Assembly: GCA_039028615.1 (NCBI GenBank)
Contig: JBCCHT010000029.1
Coordinates: 32,001-96,000, forward strand
Source: Myxococcota bacterium
Lineage (GTDB): Bacteria; Myxococcota_A; Polyangia; Nannocystales; Nannocystaceae
Length of the DNA: 64,000 nucleotides
Direction of reading: 5' to 3'
The notes below the pieces were generated by a model. That model saw nothing but the letters and a program-made list of their open reading frames with translations, was not told the DNA's origin and searched no databases. A program made the position numbers and the translations under genes. Of this stretch, positions 26,711 through 35,948 are shown one piece after another (the stretch's first letter is position 1; every line of letters starts with the position of its first letter).

Positions 26711-26957
26711 CGTAGGGGGTCGTTCGTTTGGGGGGTCTTGCACCGCCTCGCCGGGAGGATTGGCCCGGCGGGGGTGTCGTGGGCGATAGACCGCGACGAC
26801 CTCGCTTCGATCACTGCGGGTGTCGAAAATTTGAACCGACCCGTCGGGCAGGCTCGCGACGACGATGTCGTGCGCTGGTTCGCGCATACGGACGGCCCCG
26901 GTCAGCCGCATCGCCGACGGGCGTCGTCGAAGCCGAGTCGACTGAGTCGGGAAGGCA

Positions 26958-27794
26958 TCAGGCGCCGGGGCGCTGGACGACGAGGACGGACCCGATGGCC
27001 GTGCCGTCGGTGGTCGTGGTGTCGGTCGTGATGGGGTCGACCACGCCGACGACCTCGGTCCCCGCCGGGATTTTCTCGAAGCGGGCCCGGCCGCGGTCGT
27101 CGGTCGACGCCACGATCTCATCGGTCGCGTTGTCGATCTTCATGCGCAGCTGCACGCGGCGCCCCTCGATGGGTTCGTACTCGGTGTCGACGACCTGGAC
27201 CACGACGGTATGCCGGGCAAACTCGGGCACGGGAAACCACGCGCCGCTCGGTGGACGCCCCGGGTTGGCTCGGGCGGAGGTGGCGGCCGGCTCGAGGATG
27301 AAGGGATAGGTGACCTGCGCGTCGCCGCCATCGGGAGGAGCGGGGAAGGTCCAGGCGAGCACGGCGTCGACGATGCACGTGCCGACCGAGGCCGAGGGAT
27401 CGGGCAGGTCCGACTCGACGATCTGGGCGATGCCGACCTTGCCCGTGGGCTCGATCTCGAACTCGATCACGACCCGCGCTGCGAGCGTCGGGTCCCGCTT
27501 CAGGCCCTGCTCGTAGCAACCACGCACGTCGTCCACATGGTCTCGGACCACGCGACGCACGGCGTCCTTGTCCAGCGCGGCGGCGGGGCTTCCGAGGCCT
27601 CCCTCGGCCGCATCGGGTGAGCCTTGGAGGCCACCATCGTCATCGGAACCGGTAGCGGTACCCGAGGCCGACTCGGACGCAGCACTCGTCTCCGACGGCA
27701 CGGGCTCGGGCGTCTGCGAGGGGCTCGAGTCGGCCGCCGGACGACAGGCGACCGAGAGCAGAGCGACGACGATGTTGGCCAGCCCGCGCTTCAT
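26958..27794 (-). CDS. Lipoprotein with AgmX/PglI-type TonB C-terminal-like domain
   Basis: LDKDAVRRVV...VRGCYE.GL..DP.L..RV...F.I...G.V...V..CI...V..W.FP.P....VTYPF. Confidence 0.8.
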   Translation of the reverse strand: MKRGLANIVVALLSVACRPAADSSPSQTPEPVPSETSAASESASGTATGSDDDGGLQGSPDAAEGGLGSPAAALDKDAVRRVVRDHVDDVRGCYEQGLKRDPTLAARVVIEFEIEPTGKVGIAQIVESDLPDPSASVGTCIVDAVLAWTFPAPPDGGDAQVTYPFILEPAATSARANPGRPPSGAWFPVPEFARHTVVVQVVDTEYEPIEGRRVQLRMKIDNATDEIVASTDDRGRARFEKIPAGTEVVGVVDPITTDTTTTDGTAIGSVLVVQRPGA

Positions 27795-27861
27795 TCGACC
27801 ACGGTACGGCCAGCGCGAGCGCTTTGCCCACTCCCGATCCGGGCTGCTGGCGAACGTGCGC

Positions 27862-28428
27862 TCAGTAGGTCAGCAGGCTCTCGACCCGCAGCCCCTCGAG
27901 CTTCGCCCGGCCCCCGAGGGCCTCGAGCTCGATGAGGAACAGGGCGCCGAGCACCGTGCCCCCCAGCCGAGTCACCAGCTCCCGCGCGGCGGCGGCCGTG
28001 CCCCCGGTGGCGAGCAGATCGTCGACCACGAGCACCAGCTGACCGGACGCGATCGCATCGGCGTGGATCTGCAGCGCATCTTCGCCGTACTCGAGGGCGT
28101 AGCGAACCTCGATGGTCTGGGCGGGGAGCTTGCCCGGCTTGCGCACGGGCACGAAGCCCACGCCCAGCTGGGCCGCCAGGGCAGCGCCGAACAGGAAGCC
28201 TCGTGACTCGATGCCCACGATGACGTCGATCTGCCCGTGCAGATCGGCCACGCGATTGCGGTGCAGCGCGAGGGCGTCGACGAGCGTCTGCGGGTCGGAC
28301 AGGACCGGCGTGATGTCGCGGAACAAGATCCCGGGCTTCGGGAAGTCGGGCACGCTGCGCATGGCTGCCCGCACGCGCTCGAGAGCGGCGGCGGCATCGA
28401 AGTTGGCGGGAGAATCGGTCACGGTCAT
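27862..28428 (-). CDS. apt: Adenine phosphoribosyltransferase
   Basis: [35 protein letters not shown] and [11 protein letters not shown]. Start at ATG 28428. Confidence 0.97.
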   Translation of the reverse strand: MTVTDSPANFDAAAALERVRAAMRSVPDFPKPGILFRDITPVLSDPQTLVDALALHRNRVADLHGQIDVIVGIESRGFLFGAALAAQLGVGFVPVRKPGKLPAQTIEVRYALEYGEDALQIHADAIASGQLVLVVDDLLATGGTAAAARELVTRLGGTVLGALFLIELEALGGRAKLEGLRVESLLTY

Positions 28429-29273
28429 CGCTCCTGCGCCGAGGACTCGGCGTCGGCATCGTACGTCGAGGGGTCGACGCCGCGCAGCCCGGTCGCTCGT
28501 TTCAACAGGGCTTGGGCCGCGCTCGGGTCGGGATCGGTCAGATCCATGCGCAGCGGGGTCACCGAGGCCATGCCCTGCCCCACCGCCCAGGTATCGTCGC
28601 CTGGCCGGCCGCGCAGGACTCCAGGCGGGCCCCCGATCCAGTAGTAGGGGCGCCCCAGGGGATCGGTCCGACAATCGACCGAGTCGACGTAGGAGCGTCG
28701 GCCCAGGCGGGTGACCATTACGCCCTGCTCTCGGCTCCAGGCGTCGATGTTCTCGGGCGCGGCCCGCTCTTCGCCGTCCCGGTGCGCCACGTTGATGTTG
28801 AGCAGCAGCGGCTCGGGTGGCGGGTCGTCGAGCAACGCCTCGACCAGCCCTCGGACGCAGCGCCTCGACCAGCGCGGATCGACCCCGCGCTCGAGGGAGA
28901 CGGCCACGCCGTGGAACCCGCGCAGCCGGGCCTCGGCCGCGGCGGCCAGGGTGCCCGAGTAGAAGACGTCGGTGCCCAGGTTGAAGCCGTGGTTGATCCC
29001 CGACAGCACGATCGCGGGCGGTCGCTCACATACGTGCAGGAGGCCGAAATACACGCAGTCGACCGGGGTTCCGCTCACCGCCCAGCGCCCGGGCTCGACC
29101 TCCTGGGCCCGCAGCATGCTGTGGAAGGTCATGGAGTGGCTGGCGCCGCTGCGCTCGGTGTCCGGCGCAACCACGACCACGTCGGCGAGTCCGTGGACGG
29201 CCTCGGCAAGCGCCCGCAGCCCCGGCGCCGAGACGCCGTCATCGTTGGTCAGCAGCAACAGTGGCGTCGTCAC
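28425..29273 (-). CDS. surE: 5'/3'-nucleotidase SurE
   Basis: [39 protein letters not shown] and DP.GRPYYW. Confidence 0.95.
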   Translation of the reverse strand: MTTPLLLLTNDDGVSAPGLRALAEAVHGLADVVVVAPDTERSGASHSMTFHSMLRAQEVEPGRWAVSGTPVDCVYFGLLHVCERPPAIVLSGINHGFNLGTDVFYSGTLAAAAEARLRGFHGVAVSLERGVDPRWSRRCVRGLVEALLDDPPPEPLLLNINVAHRDGEERAAPENIDAWSREQGVMVTRLGRRSYVDSVDCRTDPLGRPYYWIGGPPGVLRGRPGDDTWAVGQGMASVTPLRMDLTDPDPSAAQALLKRATGLRGVDPSTYDADAESSAQER

Positions 29274-29303
29274 GACCGCCCTCCCGTGCACGCGAGAAAA
29301 AGA

Positions 29304-29338
29304 GAAAGGCGGCTTCGGGAGAGTCCCAAAGCCGCCTT
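29304..29338 (-). terminator. Terminator-like hairpin after tRNA-Pro
   Basis: AAGGCGGCTT...AAGCCGCCTT inverted repeat followed on the minus strand by TTCTCTTTTT. Confidence 0.65.
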
Positions 29339-29344
29339 ACCGTT

Positions 29345-29419
<75 letters not shown>

Positions 29420-29527
29420 AAACGGACGCGCGTTATACCCCGCGCTTTCGACGCCCGCAAGAGGAAGTTGGCGGCAAACGACGGGCGGTTCGACGTTTCT
29501 CCGGGCCCACCCCAAGGGCCCTGACGC

Positions 29528-30052
29528 TCACCGTGGCGGCCGTTGGAGCAGACTTCGGCTGGAGGAGCCGGCTTCGAGCGGACCGTCCTCGGCCTGCGTG
29601 GCTTCGCGCAGGTACCCCGCGGGATCTGCCCCGGCCGGATCCAGCGGCGTCTCGAGCAGGGCCTCGAGCTCATGGAGCACCGCGCGCACCTTGCCCAGCG
29701 ACTGGCGGGCGGCGTAGCTCGCGTCGGGCGCGGCCATCGGACACGCGTCGGCCCCCTTGCGCAGCTGCTTGCGAGCCCCCGCGATGGTGAACTTTTCGAC
29801 GTAGAGCAGGTGCTTGATCCGCAGCAACGTCGCCACGTCGCGGCGCCGGTACACTCGCTGCTGGGTCCGCGACTTGCTGGGCTTGAGCGCGCTGAACTCG
29901 GTCTCCCAGTAGCGCAGCACGTGCGCCGCGACGCCCACGATCTCGGCGACTTCGCCGATCTTGAAGTAAAGCTTGTCGGTGCCCAGCGACAGCTCGTCCT
30001 TGGGCCCTTTGCGACCCGACTTGCTGCTCCGGCCCTGCTCGCGCGCGGCCAT
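29528..30052 (-). CDS. MerR-family HTH regulator (conserved ihfA-associated type)
   Basis: [10 protein letters not shown]...[13 protein letters not shown]....R.Y...D....I..LLY...FTI.GA. Confidence 0.93.
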   Translation of the reverse strand: MAAREQGRSSKSGRKGPKDELSLGTDKLYFKIGEVAEIVGVAAHVLRYWETEFSALKPSKSRTQQRVYRRRDVATLLRIKHLLYVEKFTIAGARKQLRKGADACPMAAPDASYAARQSLGKVRAVLHELEALLETPLDPAGADPAGYLREATQAEDGPLEAGSSSRSLLQRPPR

Positions 30053-30085
30053 GCCTGATGCTTAGCGTACGGCCTGGCGCGATGC

Positions 30086-30370
30086 CTAGGGCGTATCGTT
30101 GAGCGCGGTCTTGAGGACCGGGCTCGGCTTGAAGGTCAGCACGCGACGGGCGTCGATCATGATCTCGGTGCCGGTCTGCGGGTTGCGACCGGGGCGAGGC
30201 TTCTTCTCGCGAACGACGAAGTTGCCGAAGCCCGAGATCTTGATCTTCTCGCCGACCTCGAGGGTGTTCTTCATGACATCGAACACCGACTCCACCAGGT
30301 CGGCGGCCTCCTTCTTGGAGAAGCCACCTACCCGCTCACAGACCCGATCGATGATGTCGGCCTTGGTCAT
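30086..30370 (-). CDS. ihfA: Integration host factor alpha subunit
   Basis: MTKADI...KISGFGNF.VR.K..RPGRNPQTG..I.I..RRVLTFKPS, downstream of pheT. Confidence 0.95.
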   Translation of the reverse strand: MTKADIIDRVCERVGGFSKKEAADLVESVFDVMKNTLEVGEKIKISGFGNFVVREKKPRPGRNPQTGTEIMIDARRVLTFKPSPVLKTALNDTP

Positions 30371-30460
30371 GCCCAGGATCCTTCCGCACCTCGGCGCGCG
30401 ACGCAAGTAGCCGAGGGTACTTCGCTTTTTGGCCGCCGAGATCGAGCGGAAAGCCCGATC

Positions 30461-32995
30461 TCAGCGCGGTTGAGCCGCGGCATCGCGTGTACGCAGGCGC
30501 TCGAGCGCCCCCTGCACGATGCGATCGTGCAGGGCCTGGACCTCGGTATCGGTGACCGAACGCTGCTGAGCGCGGTAGGCCAGACGCAGCAGGAGCGCAC
30601 GGCGGCCCTCCTCTACGCCCTTGCCGCGATAGTCCTCGACGACTTGGATCGGCTCGCGGCCGCGGTCACCCGCCGACAGTCGCGCGGGGTCCTCCGCGGA
30701 CGCGTCGTCGGTCTGGGCGGCGGCGTCGCTGAGCGCTGCGACGACATCCGCGGCCGGGATCTCCACCGCGAGATCGAGCGAGAGATCTCGATTGGTGGCG
30801 GGGAACCGAGGCAGGGCCACGAAGTCGGCCGGCGTGGGCGCGGGCAAGGCATCGACGGCCAGCTCACCGTAGATCACGGCGAGTTCCTCGGGGATCTCCC
30901 AGGCTTCGACGAGATCGGGATGCACGGCGCCGAAGCTGCCGACCTGTACCCCGCCGACCTGAACCGTGGCCCGGATCCCGGGGTGCAGGTGCGCCAGGCC
31001 CTTCTCGTCGGGTGCCGCGGGCGCGAGGGAGCCCGACAGACCGAGATACTGCAGCGCATCGAGCAGGATGCCCGCGGCAGCACGACCCTCGACGGGCTCG
31101 CGATCGTCTCCGGCTCGCGACGCGACCAGCAAGATCGCCGCGCGCACGGCCTCGTGGGGGAGTTGTTGGTCGATGGCCGAGGTGGGCCCCTCCCCTCCCA
31201 CGGGGTCGCCCCAGCGGTAGATCCGGCCGACCTCGAACAGCCGCACCGACCGACCGTGCCGCGCCACGTTGAGCGCGCCCGCATCGAGCATGCCGGGCAG
31301 CAAGTGGGTACGGAGCACGTCGCCCCCGCCCCGCATCGGGTTGGTGAGTGCGACCGGCTCCGGGATCCCGTCGGCCCCGTGCACGCGCGCCAGCTTCTCG
31401 GGGTTGGCGAACGCCAGCCCCACCATCTCGTGCAGGCCCTGGGCGGCGAACGCATCGACCAGATCGTCCTGCTGCAGCCGGCTCAGGTTGCCCGCGGGCT
31501 CGTGCAGGCCGGTCGCCGCCGACTCCCAGTGCGCGGTGGGCATGGTCGGCTCCGCGGGGAGCTCGTCGAGCCCGTGGATGCGCATGACCTCTTCGATGAG
31601 GTCTTCTTCGCGGGTGAGATCGGGACGATGGCTCGGCGGGCGGCAGACCCACGCGGCGGCATCGCTGGCGTCGACCTCGACGCCCAGCCCGACCAGGATC
31701 GACTCGCACTCGGAGTCTTCGACCTGCATGCCGAGGACCATGCGCACGCGATCGGGTCGCAGCACGATCCGCGGCACGGGGGGCAGCGTGCCCTCGACCA
31801 CCTGGCGGCCGATGCAGCGCGCCCCGGTGAGCTTCTCGATGAGCCCCAGCGCCCGCGAAGCGGCCCGGGCCAGCCCCGGCCCATAGTCCACGCCACGCTC
31901 GAAGCGATAGCTGCTGTCGGTCTGATAGCCGTGGTGTCGGGCGGTGCGGCGGACCTCGGTGGGCGAAAACCACGCCGCCTCGAGCAGCAACGCCACGCTG
32001 CCCGTGGTCACCCCGGACTCCAGTCCACCCATGACCCCGGCCAGCGCCACCGGCTCTTGGGCGTCGGCGATGACGAGGTCCTCGTCGCGCAGCTCGATGC
32101 TCTGCTCGTCGAGCGTGGTCATCGGCTCGGCCGCCTTGGCCAAGCGCACCACCACGCGCCCCTCGGCCAGCTTGCCGCGATCGAAGGCATGCAGCGGCTG
32201 GCCCCACTCCATGAGCACGAGGTTGGTGATGTCGACGACGTTGTTGATCGCGCGCAGCCCCAGCCGATGCAGTCGCACCCGGGTGGCCAGCGGCGACGCC
32301 TTGACGTGGGCGCCCTCGAACGCGAAGCCGTAGTAACGACCGCAGCGCTCGGGGGCCTCGAGGGTCACCAAGTCGGGCAGCGGCGGGAGCTTGGGCTCGG
32401 CCAGCGGCGGCACGGTGAGCATGCGCTGAAGCTTCACCGCCAGATCTCGAGCCACGCCCACGTGCCCCAAGGCATCGGGGCGATTGGGGGTGATCCCCAC
32501 CTCGAACACGGTGTCGACGATGCCCGGGACGAGATCGACGAGGCGCTCGCCCGCGCTCCACTGGCTGGGCAACACGAGGATGCCGTCGTGGTCGGTGCCG
32601 ATCTCCAGCTCCTGCTCGGAGCAGATCATTCCGTGGCTCTTCACGCCTCGGACCTCGCGGGCGGTGAGCGTCAGCCCGCCCGGCAGCGTGGCGCCGACAG
32701 GAGCGAACGCCACCTTGCCGCCCGGCTCGGGCACGTTGGGCGCGCCGCAGACCACGGTGATGGTCTCTTTGCCGTCGAACAGCTCCACCACCCCGAGGCG
32801 ATCCGCCTTGGGGTGCGGGGACTTCGAACGCACCTCGCCCACGATGATGACCTCGAGGCCCTCGCCGTAGCGGGTGGTCGCCTCGATCTCGAGACCGAGG
32901 CTGGTGATCGCGTCGCCCAGCTCGTCGTCGCCGGGCAGGCTGCCGCCCTGCGGGTCGATGAGCAGTTCTTCCAACCAAGTGCGGGAGATCAGCAT
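30461..32995 (-). CDS. pheT: Phenylalanine-tRNA ligase beta subunit
   Basis: MLISRTWL, HP.AD.L, VCGAPN, RGV.S.GMICS, ITPNRPD, INNVVDITN, GQPLHAFD, RFERGVD and DLIEEV. ATG 32995 overlaps the pheS stop. Confidence 0.97.
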   Translation of the reverse strand: MLISRTWLEELLIDPQGGSLPGDDELGDAITSLGLEIEATTRYGEGLEVIIVGEVRSKSPHPKADRLGVVELFDGKETITVVCGAPNVPEPGGKVAFAPVGATLPGGLTLTAREVRGVKSHGMICSEQELEIGTDHDGILVLPSQWSAGERLVDLVPGIVDTVFEVGITPNRPDALGHVGVARDLAVKLQRMLTVPPLAEPKLPPLPDLVTLEAPERCGRYYGFAFEGAHVKASPLATRVRLHRLGLRAINNVVDITNLVLMEWGQPLHAFDRGKLAEGRVVVRLAKAAEPMTTLDEQSIELRDEDLVIADAQEPVALAGVMGGLESGVTTGSVALLLEAAWFSPTEVRRTARHHGYQTDSSYRFERGVDYGPGLARAASRALGLIEKLTGARCIGRQVVEGTLPPVPRIVLRPDRVRMVLGMQVEDSECESILVGLGVEVDASDAAAWVCRPPSHRPDLTREEDLIEEVMRIHGLDELPAEPTMPTAHWESAATGLHEPAGNLSRLQQDDLVDAFAAQGLHEMVGLAFANPEKLARVHGADGIPEPVALTNPMRGGGDVLRTHLLPGMLDAGALNVARHGRSVRLFEVGRIYRWGDPVGGEGPTSAIDQQLPHEAVRAAILLVASRAGDDREPVEGRAAAGILLDALQYLGLSGSLAPAAPDEKGLAHLHPGIRATVQVGGVQVGSFGAVHPDLVEAWEIPEELAVIYGELAVDALPAPTPADFVALPRFPATNRDLSLDLAVEIPAADVVAALSDAAAQTDDASAEDPARLSAGDRGREPIQVVEDYRGKGVEEGRRALLLRLAYRAQQRSVTDTEVQALHDRIVQGALERLRTRDAAAQPR

Positions 32996-34041
32996 GGGAA
33001 CTGCTCCAGGAATCGAACGTCGCCCTCGAAGAGCAAGCGGAGGTCGGGCACGCCGTACAGCAACATGGCCATGCGATCGATGCCGAAGCCAAAGGCCCAG
33101 CCGGTGTAGACCTCGGGGTCGAGGTTCACCGCCTCGAGCACCGCGGGGTGGACCATGCCGGAGCCGCCCAGCTCGATCCAACCCACGCGCTGACAGACGC
33201 TGCAGCCGTCGCCGCCGCAGAACGGGCACTGCATGTCGAACTCGGCGCCCGGCTCGACGAAGGGGAAGAACGAGGGCCGCAGCCGCACCTGCAGCTCGGT
33301 GCCGAAGAAGGCGCTGACGAAGCGGTACAGCGTGGCCTTGAGGTCGGCCATGCCCACGCCCTTGTCGATGCACAGCCCCTCGATCTGATGGAACATCGGC
33401 GAGTGCGTCGCATCGTCGTCGCGCCGGAACACGGTGCCGGGAGCGACGAGGCGAACCGGCGGTCGCCGGGTGAGCATCGACCGGATCTGCACGGGCGACG
33501 TATGGGTGCGCAGGACCAGAGGATCCGCGTCGGAGCCCGGCCGACCCTTCGTGAAGAAGGTGTCCTGCATGTCGCGGGCGGGGTGCTCCGCCTGGATGTT
33601 GAGATCGTCGAAGTTGTACTTCTCGTGCTCGACGTGGGGACCGTCGACGATGTCGAAGCCCATCTGTCGGAACACCGCCTCGAGCCGACGCCGCGTGTGG
33701 GTGATGGGGTGCAGCGAGCCGCCCGATCGCCGCCGCGGCAGCATGGTGAGGTCCTCGCGCTGCGCCAACCGCTTGGCCCGATGCGCCTGCGCCAGCGCTT
33801 CACCGCGCGCCGCGAGCACGCCCTCGAGCGCGGTCTTGGTCTTGTTGTAGGCCTGGCCGAAGCTCTTGCGCTGCTCGGGCGCCAGCTTGCCCATGTGAGA
33901 CCGCATGCGGCTCACCAGGCCCTTCTTGCCGAGGTACTTCACCTGCACGGCGTACAGGGCGTCTTCGTCGGCGGCCTGCTCGACCTCCTGCCCGAAGGCA
34001 GCCTCGAGAGCACTCAACTCGTTTTGCGGATCGTCGCTCAC
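32989..34041 (-). CDS. pheS: Phenylalanine-tRNA ligase alpha subunit
   Basis: LGKKG, HP, NFD.LN...HPARDMQDTF, LRTHTSPVQ, DATHSPMFHQ.EG, FPF.EP and G.AFG.G.DR. Confidence 0.98.
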   Translation of the reverse strand: MSDDPQNELSALEAAFGQEVEQAADEDALYAVQVKYLGKKGLVSRMRSHMGKLAPEQRKSFGQAYNKTKTALEGVLAARGEALAQAHRAKRLAQREDLTMLPRRRSGGSLHPITHTRRRLEAVFRQMGFDIVDGPHVEHEKYNFDDLNIQAEHPARDMQDTFFTKGRPGSDADPLVLRTHTSPVQIRSMLTRRPPVRLVAPGTVFRRDDDATHSPMFHQIEGLCIDKGVGMADLKATLYRFVSAFFGTELQVRLRPSFFPFVEPGAEFDMQCPFCGGDGCSVCQRVGWIELGGSGMVHPAVLEAVNLDPEVYTGWAFGFGIDRMAMLLYGVPDLRLLFEGDVRFLEQFPC

Positions 34042-34100
34042 GGTCCTCGTGTTCGTCCTTGCGCCGGACGATACCGCGGGCCGCAGAGACCCGCACGCAA

Positions 34101-34134
34101 CGAACCCGCGACGGCAGTCACCATCGCGGGTTCG
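34101..34134 (-). terminator. Hairpin between rplT and pheS
   Basis: CGAACCCGCGA...TCGCGGGTTCG perfect 11-bp inverted repeat. Confidence 0.5.
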
Positions 34135-34194
34135 GTTGTTGGGTGAAGCACCCCGAGGGGTGCACCCGGGCTCGGCTCGATGCCGCGGCCTCGG

Positions 34195-34554
34195 TCAGGC
34201 TGCGATGGCAGCCTTGGCCGATGCAACGACCTGGCTGAACGCCTCGGGATCGGTGATCGCCAGCTCGGCGAGCGCCCGACGGTCGAGCTCGATGCCCGAC
34301 TGGTTCAGGCCGTGGATGAAGCGGCTGTAGTTGAGCCCATGGGGCCGGGTCGCGGCGTTGATGCGCACGATCCAGAGCCGACGCATGGTCCGCTTCTTGA
34401 GCTTGCGACCGGTGTACGCGTGGATCCAGGCGTGGTGCACCGCTTCTACGGCGCGACGCCAGATCTTGCGGCGACCCGAGCGGAAGCCGCTGGCAGCCTT
34501 GAGAATACGGTTACGGCGACGCCGCGCCTTGACCCCTCTTTTTGCGCGAGGCAT
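34195..34554 (-). CDS. rplT: 50S ribosomal protein L20
   Basis: MPRAKRG...AY..RK.KKR..R.LWI.RINAA...YSRFI.GL...I.LDR..LA.LA. Confidence 0.98.
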   Translation of the reverse strand: MPRAKRGVKARRRRNRILKAASGFRSGRRKIWRRAVEAVHHAWIHAYTGRKLKKRTMRRLWIVRINAATRPHGLNYSRFIHGLNQSGIELDRRALAELAITDPEAFSQVVASAKAAIAA

Positions 34555-34557
34555 GGC

Positions 34558-34761
34558 TCACTTCCTTCCGTAGGGCAGCAAGGCGTCGATCCGAACCTGG
34601 TCGGGCTCGGAGACGACCGTCGTGCCACGCAGGCGACGAACGCGATCGGCGTTCTTCTTGGTCAGGATGTGGTTTTTGTGGCTGTGCTTGCGCTTGGCCT
34701 TGCCGGTTGCGGTGAACCGGAAGCGCTTCTTGGCGCCACTATGAGACTTCATCTTCGGCAT
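34558..34761 (-). CDS. rpmI: 50S ribosomal protein L35
   Basis: [18 protein letters not shown]...HIL.KK...R.LR...LLPY. Confidence 0.98.
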   Translation of the reverse strand: MPKMKSHSGAKKRFRFTATGKAKRKHSHKNHILTKKNADRVRRLRGTTVVSEPDQVRIDALLPYGRK

Positions 34762-34866
34762 GCGCTGAACCCGTGAAGGGCGCGCGGTATAACCCGCTTC
34801 GACGTCGAGGGCAAGCCCATCGACGCCGAGAGACCTCGACCGCTGTCGGTCGAAGTATGCGAGTGG

Positions 34867-35577
34867 TCACGCGCTGGGTGGAGGATCGCCTGCGTTCTGC
34901 GCTGGCGACGCTTTGTTTTCGGCCGGAGCGGCCTTCTGAGTCGGTGCGTCTGCCGGTTTGGCGGACGCGGCTTCGCCGGGAGGAGGTCCCCCGGGCTGGG
35001 GCTTGCGCTGGGGCCGCGGCTTCGGCTGCTTGCCGGGCTTGGGTGCCAGCACCATGTTCATTCGGTTGCCTTCCATCTGAGCCAGCTGGATCACCGAGGC
35101 GATGTCCGCCGCGCCCTTGCACACGCGGTCGAGAATGTCTCGGCCGGTCTCGGGATGGATGACTTCACGCCCACGAAACTGAACGACGAGTTTGACCTTG
35201 TCGCCCTCTTCGATGAAGCGCCGCACGTGTCGAAGCTTGAACTCGAAGTCGTGTCCGTGCGTCTTGGGACGGAACTTGACCTCTTTGAGCTCGACCTTGT
35301 TTTGGTGCTTCTTGGCCTCGCGCTCGCGCTTGGCCGTTTCGTACTTGTACCGGCCGTAGTCGAGGATCTTGCAGACCGGAGGCGTTGCTTTGGGGTTGAC
35401 CTCGACCAATTGCAATCCCGCTTCGGCGGCGATGTCCATGGCTTCGGAGGTGGGCAGGATGCCCCGTTGCTCGCCCTCGTGATCGATCAGTCGTACTTCG
35501 CGCGCACGAATGCGTCGACCCACCCGATGTTGCTCGGAGGGGCGGCGGTGTTGGGGTCTTGAGCTTCTGCGGCCTAT
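34867..35577 (-). CDS. infC: Translation initiation factor IF-3 with non-canonical ATA start and C-terminal extension
   Basis: IRA.EVRLI, L.LVEV.P.A.PPVCKILDYG.YKYE, KEVKFRP and GDKVK..V.FRGRE. An in-frame ATA at 35577 has GGAG 9 nt upstream. Confidence 0.93.
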   Translation of the reverse strand: MGRRSSRPQHRRPSEQHRVGRRIRAREVRLIDHEGEQRGILPTSEAMDIAAEAGLQLVEVNPKATPPVCKILDYGRYKYETAKREREAKKHQNKVELKEVKFRPKTHGHDFEFKLRHVRRFIEEGDKVKLVVQFRGREVIHPETGRDILDRVCKGAADIASVIQLAQMEGNRMNMVLAPKPGKQPKPRPQRKPQPGGPPPGEAASAKPADAPTQKAAPAENKASPAQNAGDPPPSA

Positions 35578-35755
35578 CGTTCGAACTCCGGTAAAAGAAT
35601 GCTTCGCGCTTCGGTGAGAAGGTAGTCCGTCGGCGTGCGACGAGCTGGAAGAAAAAATCCAGCGACCGCGAACGCGATGCCCTCGGAGCTTCCCGGTTTT
35701 GCGTGGCCGCCGTCAAGTTGAACCGGCGATTGCCTCGTGCGGTACACCAGGCAGC

Positions 35756-35797
35756 AAAACACACGACCCCGGGCACCTGAGGCGACCGGGGTCGTGA
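35756..35797 (-). terminator. Rho-independent terminator after tRNA-Val
   Basis: CACGACCCCGG...CCGGGGTCGTG stem followed on the minus strand by TGTTTT. Confidence 0.7.
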
Positions 35798-35801
35798 TTC
35801 G

Positions 35802-35873
35802 TAGGGCTGGGCGGTTTCGAACCGCCGACCTCTACCGTGTCAAGGTAGCGCTCTACCCCTGAGCTACAGCCCT
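35802..35873 (-). tRNA. tRNA-Val (anticodon GAC)
   Basis: Minus strand AGGGCTG-TA-GCTCAGGGGTAGAGC-G-CTACC-TTGACAC-GGTAG-AGGTC-GGCGGTTCGAAACCGCC-CAGCCCT-A. Confidence 0.97.
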
Positions 35874-35948
35874 TCGGGAGCACCGCGGCGAACCCGAAGG
35901 CCACCAATCTCGGCGCAGGCGGGCGTTTAGCGCGGGGGGCGAACCCCG

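Noticed and set aside
30470..33109. 879-aa plus-strand ORF, and the 970-aa extended pheT
   Set aside because: The first is an antisense shadow of pheT. The pheT extension is an out-of-frame overlap with pheS; the real start is 32995.
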